Source: an uncultured Verrucomicrobiae bacterium (lineage in GTDB: Bacteria > Verrucomicrobiota > Verrucomicrobiia > Limisphaerales > Palsa-1400). From it: a DNA stretch of 64,000 nt. Position numbers and translations under genes: made by a program. Below, piece by piece: positions 10,391-20,199 of the stretch; positions within the stretch are counted from its first letter, which is position 1; every line of letters starts with the position of its first letter. The stretch covers positions 1,472,001 through 1,536,000 of the forward strand of contig CAVXRD010000001.1 of the NCBI GenBank assembly GCA_963764165.1. Direction: 5' to 3'. Under the pieces are notes generated by a model. The model was not told where the DNA came from and did not search any database. It was given only the letters and a program-made list of their open reading frames with translations.

Positions 10391-12004
10391 CTATGGCCAG
10401 CGAATGCCATAGAAAATCGCCGGGTCACTTGTATCAGGCTTGGTGGTAAACTGGTAGGTTGTGCCGGAAGTGTTAGTGGCGTGCCCCACGACTGTCCAAT
10501 TGGTGAACGGCACAGATAGGTCCGGAGAGGAAACGACTCTAAATGTTTTACCCGGCACGTTGGTGAACGAAAACTGGCACACTCCATTTCCCTTGAATTT
10601 CAGCCCCGTCAAAATCGGCGGCGTAACGCCTTGTTGGGTGATGGGAATGGATTGCCCCAACAAGCTGATATGCGCCGTTCGCGCGACGTTCGTATTTGCA
10701 GTGAAACTGAAATAAACATAGCCAGCGGCAGTGGATGTAATTTTCAGCCAGGACGAATCGCTCGTCGGAGCGAATGGCGATCCGAGATTAAATGTGGAAG
10801 GTATGACTGGATTCAATTTATCCTGCCCGGCGGTGGCGCTCTCAAACTTGGGTGTAGGGTCTGCATAAACATTGGGTATTTCGTAAACACGCGAGGTGGA
10901 GTAGTCCACCAAGTAGATGTTATTGGCCGAATCCAGAGCGATGGAAGACGGTTCGACGTACTGTCCAGCCAAATTAGTGGTGGTTCCCGTGGCCGCGCTC
11001 CACTTAAGCAGCACGCCCAACCCCCGATCTCCAATATAAGCATTGCCAGAGCCATCAATGGCAATGGCGCTTGGAATCGACCCTGTTGCAAGAATCGTCT
11101 TCATGTTGGTTTCGTACGGCATGTAGACGGGATTCGGATTCCACTTGTAGGACGCAGCGGGTGTCCTTAGGCCAACCTGCGCGTCTGAAACGTAGAAATT
11201 CCCGAGTATGTCAACCGCAACACCCGTTGGGTATCCTGTTGGTGTCGGCGCCGCGAAAAACCCTCCGGATCCATTCCATTCCTTGACGGCGCCGCCGGCA
11301 TAATCCGCAACGTAAACAATATTCGACCAATCCATAAACATACTGCTCGGATTGCTAAGAGTGGTTGCCAGAAGATTGGAAACTTGCCCCGTGGTTATCG
11401 TATATCTGTAAAGACTGTAGGAACTTAGCGTGCTGGATTGGAGAAAGATCGGATTTTGGGTGTTGTCCATCGTCAAGGCAAATATTCCGTAATAATTGTT
11501 TAACAAAACGTTTGTGGCCCCGGTGCTTCGAGACCATCTGATCAAATTGTAGTAATTCCCAGTGTCATTATTTGCGATAAAAGCATTGCCAGAAGAGTCC
11601 ACTGTAACCGCCCAAGCCAAAGAGTTTGGATAAAGCTCGGTGGTAGGATTTGCATAAACATAATTTGACCCCGCTTGTGTGACGGTGACGTTTGTTCCTT
11701 GAATTGTGAGCGTTCCCGTTCGGGTTGGTCCCGCATTCGTGTCAAAGCTGAAAATGACATTGGTTCCGCCTATTCCGTTCGTGAAATTCGGGCTCAAATG
11801 AAGCCACGTTGCGCCAGCGATGGCGGTCCAAGTGTTTGTGTTTGGGTAGACTGCCAGCGTAACGCTGTCACTGCCTGCGGCTTTTCCTTCCAGGAGAGAG
11901 GTTGTTGCCAGCTTGTAAATCGGAGTTTGCGCCACTGCCGCAACCGCGGTTAAAAGCGCGTACGTGACGTAAAGTATGCTGCGGAGGATATATCGGCTTT
12001 TCAT
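10391..12004 (-). CDS. Secreted BACON / NHL-repeat protein with a verrucomicrobial-type C-terminal domain
   Basis: Signal peptide MKSRYILR..AVAQ; two BACON-like units (W..S..W..RTGTLTI); repeats P.GVAVD..GN.Y; C-terminus ..S.DL..W..FYGIRWP. Confidence 0.8.
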   Translation of the reverse strand: MKSRYILRSILYVTYALLTAVAAVAQTPIYKLATTSLLEGKAAGSDSVTLAVYPNTNTWTAIAGATWLHLSPNFTNGIGGTNVIFSFDTNAGPTRTGTLTIQGTNVTVTQAGSNYVYANPTTELYPNSLAWAVTVDSSGNAFIANNDTGNYYNLIRWSRSTGATNVLLNNYYGIFALTMDNTQNPIFLQSSTLSSYSLYRYTITTGQVSNLLATTLSNPSSMFMDWSNIVYVADYAGGAVKEWNGSGGFFAAPTPTGYPTGVAVDILGNFYVSDAQVGLRTPAASYKWNPNPVYMPYETNMKTILATGSIPSAIAIDGSGNAYIGDRGLGVLLKWSAATGTTTNLAGQYVEPSSIALDSANNIYLVDYSTSRVYEIPNVYADPTPKFESATAGQDKLNPVIPSTFNLGSPFAPTSDSSWLKITSTAAGYVYFSFTANTNVARTAHISLLGQSIPITQQGVTPPILTGLKFKGNGVCQFSFTNVPGKTFRVVSSPDLSVPFTNWTVVGHATNTSGTTYQFTTKPDTSDPAIFYGIRWP

Positions 12005-12075
12005 TGACGGCTGCAGAACGTGACAGCGCTGCCGACTAGCGTCAAGCCTAATTGCGCAAAATGTATGATTTATTA

Positions 12076-12239
12076 GAGCGTGTTTTGAAAATAGCGTGGG
12101 TAAGGGATTGCGAGCGCGGCGGGCGGATGGCGAGGCGCGACGAAGGAGAATATCCCTCGTGGATCTTCGACTGAGGAGCAACGAAGCCAGCCGCCCCGCC
12201 CCGCCGCAAGATCGCCCAAGCTATTTTCAAAACACGCTC
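12076..12239. mobile_element. MITE copy 1 (IS5/IS1031-like ends), 164 bp
   Basis: TIRs GAGCGTGTTTTGAAAATAGC, flanking TTA on both sides (12073-75 and 12240-42); homolog at 31269-31469. Confidence 0.88.
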
Positions 12240-12334
12240 TTAGTTCCTAGCTTTCGCGCGCAAGCTCGGTCCAAGTGCATCGGCAACTCTTGGGGATCGC
12301 ACCAAGACTGGACTGCGGTTGCCGAAAAGGACGT

Positions 12335-12760
12335 TTACGGCGTCCTTAAGATGCGTATGACATCCGAACCGAATTGGCCATAGTGTCTCAGGTTCCAACT
12401 GTAGAGCGTCTTCGCTTTTGACTTGAGGGCGCAGCTTGCCAGCAGCGCGTCATAGATCGCACCGCCGATAATTCCGATGGCGGAATATCGCTCCAGCATG
12501 GCTGCATATTCCTTGTCCTCCAAGGCGACAATGGTGAGGCGCTTGCGAATGTCATCGATAAACAGCATGCACTGTTCCGCGTTGACGCGGTGCTTGCCGG
12601 GCATTCGGGTCAGGGTCGAATACACCTCCACTAAACTATGCGCGCCGCATGAGCCAGTCTCCTTGTTCAATCCCGCAAACAGGTCAAGGCTCGCACTGTG
12701 GTGGGGATGGTCGCCGTAGAAGACTGGCACGAGCGCGGAGGTATCCAGGAATGCCTTCAT
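12335..12760 (-). CDS. vapC: PIN-domain toxin of a type II TA system
   Basis: FLDTSALV, E, IYDALL acidic PIN residues; 4-bp overlap with the antitoxin. Confidence 0.9.
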   Translation of the reverse strand: MKAFLDTSALVPVFYGDHPHHSASLDLFAGLNKETGSCGAHSLVEVYSTLTRMPGKHRVNAEQCMLFIDDIRKRLTIVALEDKEYAAMLERYSAIGIIGGAIYDALLASCALKSKAKTLYSWNLRHYGQFGSDVIRILRTP

Positions 12761-13032
12761 TCGACTTCGCCAAGATTCTGCGAGTCGCGTTGATCTCGGA
12801 CATCCTTGAGCACCTGGTCAACGGTGGCGGTGGACAAGGGTTGGCCGGTGCGGAACACCCACACGCCTTTTTCCTTGGCGAGCGGCGCAGTGTTTCGAAT
12901 GGGGCGCAGGGTGATTTCATCGCCCGCGCTTTCCATTTCCAGCGTGTCGCCCGGGGAGAGGTCCAGCGCCTTCCGCAGCGGTTTGGGCAGCGATACGCGG
13001 CCCGCTCCGTCAATGGTCAATCGAGTTGTCAT
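12757..13032 (-). CDS. vapB: AbrB/MazE-fold antitoxin
   Basis: IDGAGRVSLPKPLRKALDLSPGD. Confidence 0.9.
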   Translation of the reverse strand: MTTRLTIDGAGRVSLPKPLRKALDLSPGDTLEMESAGDEITLRPIRNTAPLAKEKGVWVFRTGQPLSTATVDQVLKDVRDQRDSQNLGEVE

Positions 13033-13067
13033 AATGGGATATTACAATGGTTCATCCCATTTTGCAA
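13033..13067 (-). promoter_or_regulatory. Sigma70-like promoter of vapBC with overlapping operator
   Basis: Minus strand TTGCAA-17 bp-TAATAT ending 6 bp before the ATG; inverted repeat AATGGGAT-N13-ATCCCATT. Confidence 0.65.
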
Positions 13068-13175
13068 CGCCGCAAGGACGCAGCGGAATTACTTTCGCTG
13101 TGTTTGCCAGTTGACGCGCGGCCGATTTTTCCGCGAACATGGTCGCCGGCTTTGCTTTGTGGAAAACCTGCTCTT

Positions 13176-14855
13176 ATGAATAAATTGTGTTTGAAGTTCT
13201 CGCTGGGCGTGCTGCTGCTTGTCACGCTCGTATCTCCACTCCCCGCCGAACCGGCTGCGGGCGGAACCAACAAGGAGGATGCAAAGGTCGAGGCTAAAGG
13301 CGATGGCAAGTTTTTTGAGGAACCTGCTCTTTCAGTGACTTCCCACACCATTACCGCCGGGGGCAAGCTGCTGAAATATCACGCCACCGCTGGCTATATC
13401 GTTCTCAAAGAAGAAGAGGGCAAACCGCTGGTGCCAGGTTCTGGCCAGAAACCGGCTCCCGAGGCCAAGTCTGATAAGTCAGGGGACGAGCCGGGCAAAA
13501 CCAAGGACGGACTCAAGCCCAAAGCGAAGGTCTTCTTTGTCGCCTACACCCTCGACGATGTGGCCGACCCATCGACTCGCCCGTTGATGTTTGCCTTTAA
13601 CGGCGGCCCCGGCTCTTCCTCGGTCTGGCTGCATATGGCCTCGATTGCGCCCCGGCGCGCGGCGCTCACCGACGAGGGCGAAGCTCCGCCGCCGCCTTAC
13701 GGGCTGACGGATAATGAATCCACCTGGCTTGATCAATCCGACTTGGTATTTATAGACCCGGTTTCCACCGGCTACAGCCGCCCAGTGACGAAGGAGGACG
13801 CAGGCCAATTTCACGGATTGAAGGAAGATATCGCCAGTGTCGGCGATTTTATCCGGCTCTACACCTCGCGCAATTCGCGCTGGCTTTCGCCAAAGTTTAT
13901 TTTGGGAGAAAGTTACGGCACCACCCGCGCGGCCGGCTTATCGGACTACTTGCAAAATCGCTATGGCCTTTACTTCAATGGGATCATACTTGTCTCCTCG
14001 GTGCTCAATTTTCAGGCCATTGAATTTTCTCCGCAGAACAACGATCCCTATGTTTATTTCCTGCCGAGCTATGCGGCGAGCGCATGGTATCACAAAAAAC
14101 TTCCGGCGGACCTTCAAGCCAGGAGCGTTGCAGACGTCGTCGCGGATGCGCGGGCCTTCGCGTCTGGCGATTACGCCACCGCTCTCGGGCGGGGCGATTT
14201 GCTATCGGCGGCAGACAAGACGCGCATTGCCGGCCAGTTGAGCCGTTTCACCGGCCTGCCTTCGGGCGACATTTTGCAATGGAAGCTTCGCGTTCAGGAC
14301 AGCCAGTTCTTTACGCATCTCCTCTGGGCCGAGGGGAAAATGCTGGGGCGGTTCGATGCGCGTTTCAGCGGCTCCCGCTACCAGCCTGGAACTGACATGG
14401 GGGACGATTACGACCCGAGCGACGAAGCTGTCAACGGCCCGCTTTCCGCCGCCTTCAACGATTACGTCCGGCGCGAACTCAAGTTCGAGAGTGATATTCC
14501 TTACGAGCTGATGACCGATGTCAGCCCATGGAACTTCGGCGATGCCGGGAATGGCTTTCCCAACACAGTCGAGGATCTTAGGAAAGCCATGACCCGCAAT
14601 CCATACCTTAAAGTTTGGGTTACTTGCAGCTACTACGATCTAGCCACGCCCTTATTTGGCGCCGAAAGCGTCGTCGCCGCGATGAACCTTGATCCGGCCA
14701 TCCGCGCCAATTTGCGGTTTTCCTACTACGAGTCCGGGCACATGCTCTACATCCACAAACCGTCTCGTGTGAAGTTCAAGGCCGATTTCGACTCATTTCT
14801 CAACGACGCCATCCATCAGCAGCCGGTCCATAGCGCCGCCCGCGGGGGGCAATGA
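13176..14855 (+). CDS. Peptidase S10 (serine carboxypeptidase), secreted
   Basis: FNGGPGSSS, FIDPVSTGYS, GESYG, YESGHMLY. Confidence 0.93.
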   Translation: MNKLCLKFSLGVLLLVTLVSPLPAEPAAGGTNKEDAKVEAKGDGKFFEEPALSVTSHTITAGGKLLKYHATAGYIVLKEEEGKPLVPGSGQKPAPEAKSDKSGDEPGKTKDGLKPKAKVFFVAYTLDDVADPSTRPLMFAFNGGPGSSSVWLHMASIAPRRAALTDEGEAPPPPYGLTDNESTWLDQSDLVFIDPVSTGYSRPVTKEDAGQFHGLKEDIASVGDFIRLYTSRNSRWLSPKFILGESYGTTRAAGLSDYLQNRYGLYFNGIILVSSVLNFQAIEFSPQNNDPYVYFLPSYAASAWYHKKLPADLQARSVADVVADARAFASGDYATALGRGDLLSAADKTRIAGQLSRFTGLPSGDILQWKLRVQDSQFFTHLLWAEGKMLGRFDARFSGSRYQPGTDMGDDYDPSDEAVNGPLSAAFNDYVRRELKFESDIPYELMTDVSPWNFGDAGNGFPNTVEDLRKAMTRNPYLKVWVTCSYYDLATPLFGAESVVAAMNLDPAIRANLRFSYYESGHMLYIHKPSRVKFKADFDSFLNDAIHQQPVHSAARGGQ

Positions 14856-14991
14856 TTTCCGTTGCGTTCGTGGCACGCATTTTCAGTTGGCAGCATCTGG
14901 TTTGGCCCGGGCGAGCCTATCGCTCGTAAATAAAGGAAACCACTTTTATTTAATTTGTCCGTAACTAAAAGAAGCGTCATTGCTTTAATAT

Positions 14992-15229
14992 ATGAAAGAC
15001 AAGCGACGCATCGGCGAAACATTCAAGCACTGATAGGCAGCGGGTGTCGGACACCGGCAACGCGGTCAAAGGAAGCGGCCTGACGCCGCCAACCGCCATC
15101 AACGCCTTTGAGCAACTGGAAAAGCTGCGCATCGTCCGTGAAACAACCCGCCGCGAAAGAAAGCGCATGTACGCCTACGTTGCGTATCTTGATCTGCTAG
15201 GCCAGTGCGCGGAGCCGTGGGAGAATTGA
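14992..15229 (+). pseudogene. Internally deleted Fic-family gene remnant
   Basis: GLTPPTAINAFEQLEKLRIVRETTRRERKRMYAYVAYLDLL resembles the C-terminal wHTH of Fic proteins; short MKDKRRIGE.. start upstream; no Fic catalytic motif. Confidence 0.55.
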
Positions 15230-15565
15230 GACCTTTCAATGAGTTCGTGGCCTTTGCGCGCAAGCTGAGTCCGAGCGCTTCGGCAACTTTCAGGATTGTG
15301 CCAAAGCTGGGACTGCGGTCTCAGGAAAGAGCCTTGTAGAGGCTTTCACGCGACAGTCCCGTATCGCGCACCACGCGTGCCGTGCCTTTGGCGCGCGCAA
15401 TATCGCCAATCGCCTTGGCAATTAAAGCCGCGTCTCCGTTGGCCTCTTCGAAGCACGCTTCGAGATAAGCCTCTGTTTCCCGGGGGGCTCTGAGGTGTTC
15501 CGACGCGTCGTAACGAGTGGTAACAGTTTTTTCATATCCATTCCTGAAGGTCGCACGGGCCGTTC

Positions 15566-16738
15566 TTATTTAAGCACAAGAATCTTTTTGACAGCGCCTG
15601 ACCCGAGATCGACTTCCACGCCGATAAGGTGGAGATCGGCGGCCCATGTAAATGCGCATCGAGGCACCACGGTGCCCTTTGGCGCTTTGGGTCTTGAGAC
15701 CAATGGTGTTCCTCTCAGGGTAATAGAAGGATCAAATTTGTGGACGCAGTCCTTCGCGATTTTTTTGGCACGCGATTCGGATAGATTCATCTTGCCTTCA
15801 AACGCGCCAAAATCACTTTCTCTTTTGCTTCCAAAATACATGTCGGGCGCCTGAAAACCTGTGATTGTGAGATTAGTCGCGTTCCCAATGAATGTTATTA
15901 CATTGCCTTTAGTCATCACCGCCTTTCCGGCAAACGAGTCCCCGCCGGTGCTCTTAAGCTCTACAACCTCCACGCCTTCAGCATCGCTGTTTGGGAGCGG
16001 CAACCGCGGTATCGCTTCGCGAGCGGCGGACAACGCCTTCTTGAGAATCGCTTCCTTTTCCGGGCCGTTAATAATGGAAGGCGCGGACAACATCTCTCTT
16101 TGCGGTGGGGATTCGAGATTCCACAGGGTGGAGTTATTGCCAATGGAAAGGCTTCGGATGGCGGCTATGACGCGTGGATCGGCGCGTGGGTCCGGCCGCG
16201 ATCTAATGCCAAATTCCGTGGGCGAGCCGTCAAACGAAATATCAAAAACAACGCGATTGGTGTAATCCGCGGGCATATCAAGCGAGAACGTCCTCATTAG
16301 CGGCGTATTAAGCCAGCCCATGCTCGAGGAATATGTCGAGAGAACACCCCGATAGATTCGTTCGCCTGAAGCTTCTAAAACGAAGGAAGTATCCGCCCAT
16401 TGGAACTCATAGGCAGAAATTCCATCACGGTGCAATTGCGGTTGCTCAATTCTCAGTGCTTTCATTAGCTTCTTGCTCAAGCGCCTCGCTCCCTCCGCGC
16501 TAATTGCAATTTGGTGAGTATTGGTGTTGTAGGCCGCAAAATCGCCATCGGAAAGTATTGGATCTGGTTCTAGCTGATCCTCTTCCAACTTCGGTGTTCG
16601 TTTTCCAACTAACAAATAGATTGCCAGTTTATTCGTCGGTACAGATGAAGGCTGTGAAATGGTAATTGTCTGAGCGGACATCAGGCCCCCTGTCAATATG
16701 ACAATCAAAACGACGTAAACCGAGAACACGCCCTTCAT
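15566..16738 (-). CDS. Secreted hypothetical protein
   Basis: 390-aa ORF with signal peptide, directly downstream of the transglutaminase gene. Confidence 0.7.
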   Translation of the reverse strand: MKGVFSVYVVLIVILTGGLMSAQTITISQPSSVPTNKLAIYLLVGKRTPKLEEDQLEPDPILSDGDFAAYNTNTHQIAISAEGARRLSKKLMKALRIEQPQLHRDGISAYEFQWADTSFVLEASGERIYRGVLSTYSSSMGWLNTPLMRTFSLDMPADYTNRVVFDISFDGSPTEFGIRSRPDPRADPRVIAAIRSLSIGNNSTLWNLESPPQREMLSAPSIINGPEKEAILKKALSAAREAIPRLPLPNSDAEGVEVVELKSTGGDSFAGKAVMTKGNVITFIGNATNLTITGFQAPDMYFGSKRESDFGAFEGKMNLSESRAKKIAKDCVHKFDPSITLRGTPLVSRPKAPKGTVVPRCAFTWAADLHLIGVEVDLGSGAVKKILVLK

Positions 16739-16744
16739 AGTGGC

Positions 16745-18757
16745 TCAGTCGGCGTTCTGTCCTGCTGAATTTCCAGATCCGGTTGCCTCCGGCCGCGTCG
16801 AATGCTGCGCCAGCCAGTGGCCGACGTTTTTACGGAGAGTTTCGCGGTCATCGCCGGGCAGTCCATGCGGGTCAAAGCGGAGGCGGCGGTGCAGGTGGAA
16901 AATTTCGCGCAACGGTGGGGCGGTGGGAAAAGCGTTTTCCACGCGCTGTTGCCATGAAGCAAGCGATTCATGGGGTTGGCGGGAGAGGTGGATGGGGGCC
17001 AGGCGCTCGTCAATGAGATAGACTTCTGAATCCAAGCCTGGCCAGATGGGTTCGCTGGTTCCGGTGGCCTGGTCGTCGGCGTTTTTCTGGCGGCGGCGGG
17101 TGGAGAGTATGCGCCATACCAGATAGAGAATCAGCGGCGCCAAGGCCCATTGGGCGTAGAGCGAAACGGAGGTTTTGCCCCAGCGCCATTTCGAGAATTG
17201 GAAATAGAGGTTCGACATGAAGTCGGTGGTCGATTGCACCCAGGAGGTTTGCGAATCCGCCTCTTCCGACCAGCCGGGCGGGGTGTTGTCGATTTGCTCC
17301 CATGTTCCCGTGTCCCCATGGTAAACCAAGGCCCAGGCGTGGCTATGGCGCTCCCGCACGAGGTAGGTATCGCCGTGGCGCGCGGATTCAGGGACGATGT
17401 AGCCGGTGATGTAGCGGGCGTTGACGCCCGCTTGACGCAGCAGCAGCACGGTCGCGGTGGCAAAGTATTCGCAATGACCCGCATGGGTTTCCAGCAGGAA
17501 TCGGGCTAGAGGAGTATTGGTGCCGGCGAGGCCGCGGCTGTCGTAGCGCAATGTGTAACGGAAATGGTCCAGGAAAAATCGGCTGACGGCGCGGATTTTC
17601 TGGCGCTCCGACATCTTCTCCAATCCAAGTTGATCCGCCACGGTTTTTAACGCGGACTGCTCCTCTTTGGGGATCGTTTTGTCGATCTGGCCGGGCGGCG
17701 AATCGAAGGACGGCCCGGACCAGTAATCCACTTTGAAGTCCAGCAAGCCCGGCCCCGATTCGCTGTCCGCCACGCCGAGCCGATTTGTGCGCAGGACGCC
17801 CTCGAAATCCTCCAGTTCAAACGTGCCGTGCGGCAATGGCAGAAGCCCGACGCCTTCCGGGAAGTAGCCGGCGATCTCCACGCGCGACGAGTTTTTCTTC
17901 GGCGCCATGAGGAACGCCACCCCGTTGCTCATGTTGACAGGGCCGGGTTCGTTGGTGCCGGCGGTCCAGGTGGTCTTGCTGTAGCCATCGTAAGCGCCTT
18001 CACGCAGCAGCGAGGGTGGCACCTGGCCCGGCGGAACGCGCAACCGCAGCACGATGCGCCCGGAGGGCGAAGGCACCGGGCGGCCGATGTTGGTGTGGCG
18101 TTCGCGCGGGTCAGTGGAGGGGTGAAGCAAATCCGCCAGCCAGCTGCCAAGGGCGGTTTCCATCTTGTTTTGCATGTATCGCAATTGCTGATGGCTCAGG
18201 CGGCCCACCGTCAATACCACCACTGCCATCGTGATCCACGCCGCCCAGGAAACCCGGTTCGGTCGAACGCTGCCCAGCGCCAGCAAAATCAAAAGGGAAA
18301 TCCCGGCGTAGAAAAATTGATCGGCGCGCGTCGAGGCGCTGGCGCCAAGCAGGCAGATCGCGTAGTAGCCATAGGAGACGTGAATGTTAATTCGCGCCGT
18401 GGGCGAATTCGGCATGCGCCGCAGCAGCCATGAGAAGGCGCTCAGAGGAATGCGATCGCGGTTGCCATAACATTGCGCCACCGCGACCGGGAAAAAACAA
18501 AACGGCACCCACTGCGCGAAATGAAAAATGAAGACCATTCGATCATCCGTGGAAAAAAGCAAAATTCCCGCGCCGACAAAAAGAGCCAGGCACAAATCGC
18601 AAATCCGGTTCAAATCCGTATCGTCGAGTTCCCAGCGGGCGTGGATGAATTGGGAGCCTTCGAGCACCAGCGCCATGAGCAGCGCGTATGGCAGCAAACC
18701 CGTCTCCCATCCCCAGAAGAGGAGGGCGATCCCGGTCATGCCTCTGGGCGTTCTCAT
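16745..18757 (-). CDS. Membrane transglutaminase-like domain protein
   Basis: TM N-terminus; GHCEYFA, HAW, WEQID triad. Confidence 0.9.
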   Translation of the reverse strand: MRTPRGMTGIALLFWGWETGLLPYALLMALVLEGSQFIHARWELDDTDLNRICDLCLALFVGAGILLFSTDDRMVFIFHFAQWVPFCFFPVAVAQCYGNRDRIPLSAFSWLLRRMPNSPTARINIHVSYGYYAICLLGASASTRADQFFYAGISLLILLALGSVRPNRVSWAAWITMAVVVLTVGRLSHQQLRYMQNKMETALGSWLADLLHPSTDPRERHTNIGRPVPSPSGRIVLRLRVPPGQVPPSLLREGAYDGYSKTTWTAGTNEPGPVNMSNGVAFLMAPKKNSSRVEIAGYFPEGVGLLPLPHGTFELEDFEGVLRTNRLGVADSESGPGLLDFKVDYWSGPSFDSPPGQIDKTIPKEEQSALKTVADQLGLEKMSERQKIRAVSRFFLDHFRYTLRYDSRGLAGTNTPLARFLLETHAGHCEYFATATVLLLRQAGVNARYITGYIVPESARHGDTYLVRERHSHAWALVYHGDTGTWEQIDNTPPGWSEEADSQTSWVQSTTDFMSNLYFQFSKWRWGKTSVSLYAQWALAPLILYLVWRILSTRRRQKNADDQATGTSEPIWPGLDSEVYLIDERLAPIHLSRQPHESLASWQQRVENAFPTAPPLREIFHLHRRLRFDPHGLPGDDRETLRKNVGHWLAQHSTRPEATGSGNSAGQNAD

Positions 18758-20184
18758 AAGGCGGCAAGCTTGGCGGCGATTTGATCCAGCGGCAGCGCGT
18801 GAAAATTTTCCGGTTGCACATCCATCACTCCGAGCGGGGGGCGTTCGTCGCCATTGGTGATGACCAGGACACGAATCGGCACCCGGCGCGACAACAGCCC
18901 GGAGACCAATTTCTGGCGCGCATCATCCCATTGCAGGAACACGCACACGCAGCCGCTCAACTCGGCGGCATGCGTCAAGACTAATTGTTCCAAAGTCACA
19001 AACTTCTTGTCACGGCACATCTGCACCGAGGCCAGGATCTCCATCATCTGCTCGATGTGCCCGACGCCGCGTCCGCTCGTGAAACAATATGCTTCCGATC
19101 CGATAAACATCAAATCGAGCAGCGAATCCTGATCGCGAATGGTATAAGCCAGCGAGGCGGCCACGGAAACGGCCTCCTCGAAGGCCGCCTCGAGAATGGA
19201 GCCGCCAAACGTGTCCAGCACCAGGGAGTGGCGGACGAAAAATTCCTCCTGATATTCCTTCACGATGGGTTTGCCCAGCTTGGCAAAACTCTTCCAATGC
19301 ATCCGCCGCAGCGGATCGCCGGGGCGGTATTCCCGCAGCGAAACAAATTCCTCCGACTCTCCCACGGACGAAGCGAGCGAGACGCCGCCAATTTGATATT
19401 TCATCGCGCCCGGCAATTCAAAGAGCGGCATATCGTGGCGTTTGGGCAAAATGAGAATGTTCTCGGGCAGCGGATTTTTGCGCAGCGCGCGAAAAATTCC
19501 GAACGGATCCGGACACGCCACCGTCATGCCGCTCAAGCGCAGAACGCCGCGGCGCAGAGGCGTCAACTCCGCCATGACGGTGCTCTCGCCGTTGGGCGGA
19601 AGCGTCGGGACGTCCAGTTCCGGGACGCGGGCGCGGGTGTTGCGGCGCATGAGCCAGCGCCAGCGGTAAAAGCCGTAAGTGCGGTCCCACCAATTTCGCT
19701 TTTCCTCTCCCGGCTCCGGGGTGTTGACAAATTCCTCAAGCGTCGGCCGGGGATCGGGCAATTCCTCGATCAATTTCAGAGCGCTTTGGGCTTTCTTGCC
19801 GAGATTCTGAACGACGATGCGGTAGCGCAAGACGTCTCCCACCGACCCGAATTTTGGCAGGATGCGCTTCAAGGAGAGCCGCGGCCGGCCCAGCGGAGTG
19901 CATAACGCGCTCGCCAGCACGATGCAGCCAAGGATGGCGAAAGTCTGATAACTCGACGACGCCGCCGTGTCCGCCCCAAGCGCTGCCGCCGCAATCGTTC
20001 CCCCGAGAACGACCCATCCCGTCAGCGTCAAACGCCGGCGGAACCGGTGCATGATGGACGCGAGGGTGTAAAAATTGCGATAGAGATACCGTTTGAACGC
20101 GGTCTCGCGATCCAGGTGGTAACCCGAGGCTGGCGCATGCAACAGGTTCCGCCAGTTCGAAAAAGAGAATCGCGCGGCGGCCAT
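18754..20184 (-). CDS. DUF58 family protein
   Basis: EFVSLREYRPGDPLRRMHWK. Confidence 0.92.
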   Translation of the reverse strand: MAAARFSFSNWRNLLHAPASGYHLDRETAFKRYLYRNFYTLASIMHRFRRRLTLTGWVVLGGTIAAAALGADTAASSSYQTFAILGCIVLASALCTPLGRPRLSLKRILPKFGSVGDVLRYRIVVQNLGKKAQSALKLIEELPDPRPTLEEFVNTPEPGEEKRNWWDRTYGFYRWRWLMRRNTRARVPELDVPTLPPNGESTVMAELTPLRRGVLRLSGMTVACPDPFGIFRALRKNPLPENILILPKRHDMPLFELPGAMKYQIGGVSLASSVGESEEFVSLREYRPGDPLRRMHWKSFAKLGKPIVKEYQEEFFVRHSLVLDTFGGSILEAAFEEAVSVAASLAYTIRDQDSLLDLMFIGSEAYCFTSGRGVGHIEQMMEILASVQMCRDKKFVTLEQLVLTHAAELSGCVCVFLQWDDARQKLVSGLLSRRVPIRVLVITNGDERPPLGVMDVQPENFHALPLDQIAAKLAAL

Positions 20185-20199
20185 ATCACTTCGCCTTCG

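Noticed and set aside
12005..12383. ORFs and a 5' extension running through MITE copy 1 (also 31160-31483 and 31266-31460)
   Set aside because: They are translations of the repeat; the signal peptide starts at 12004
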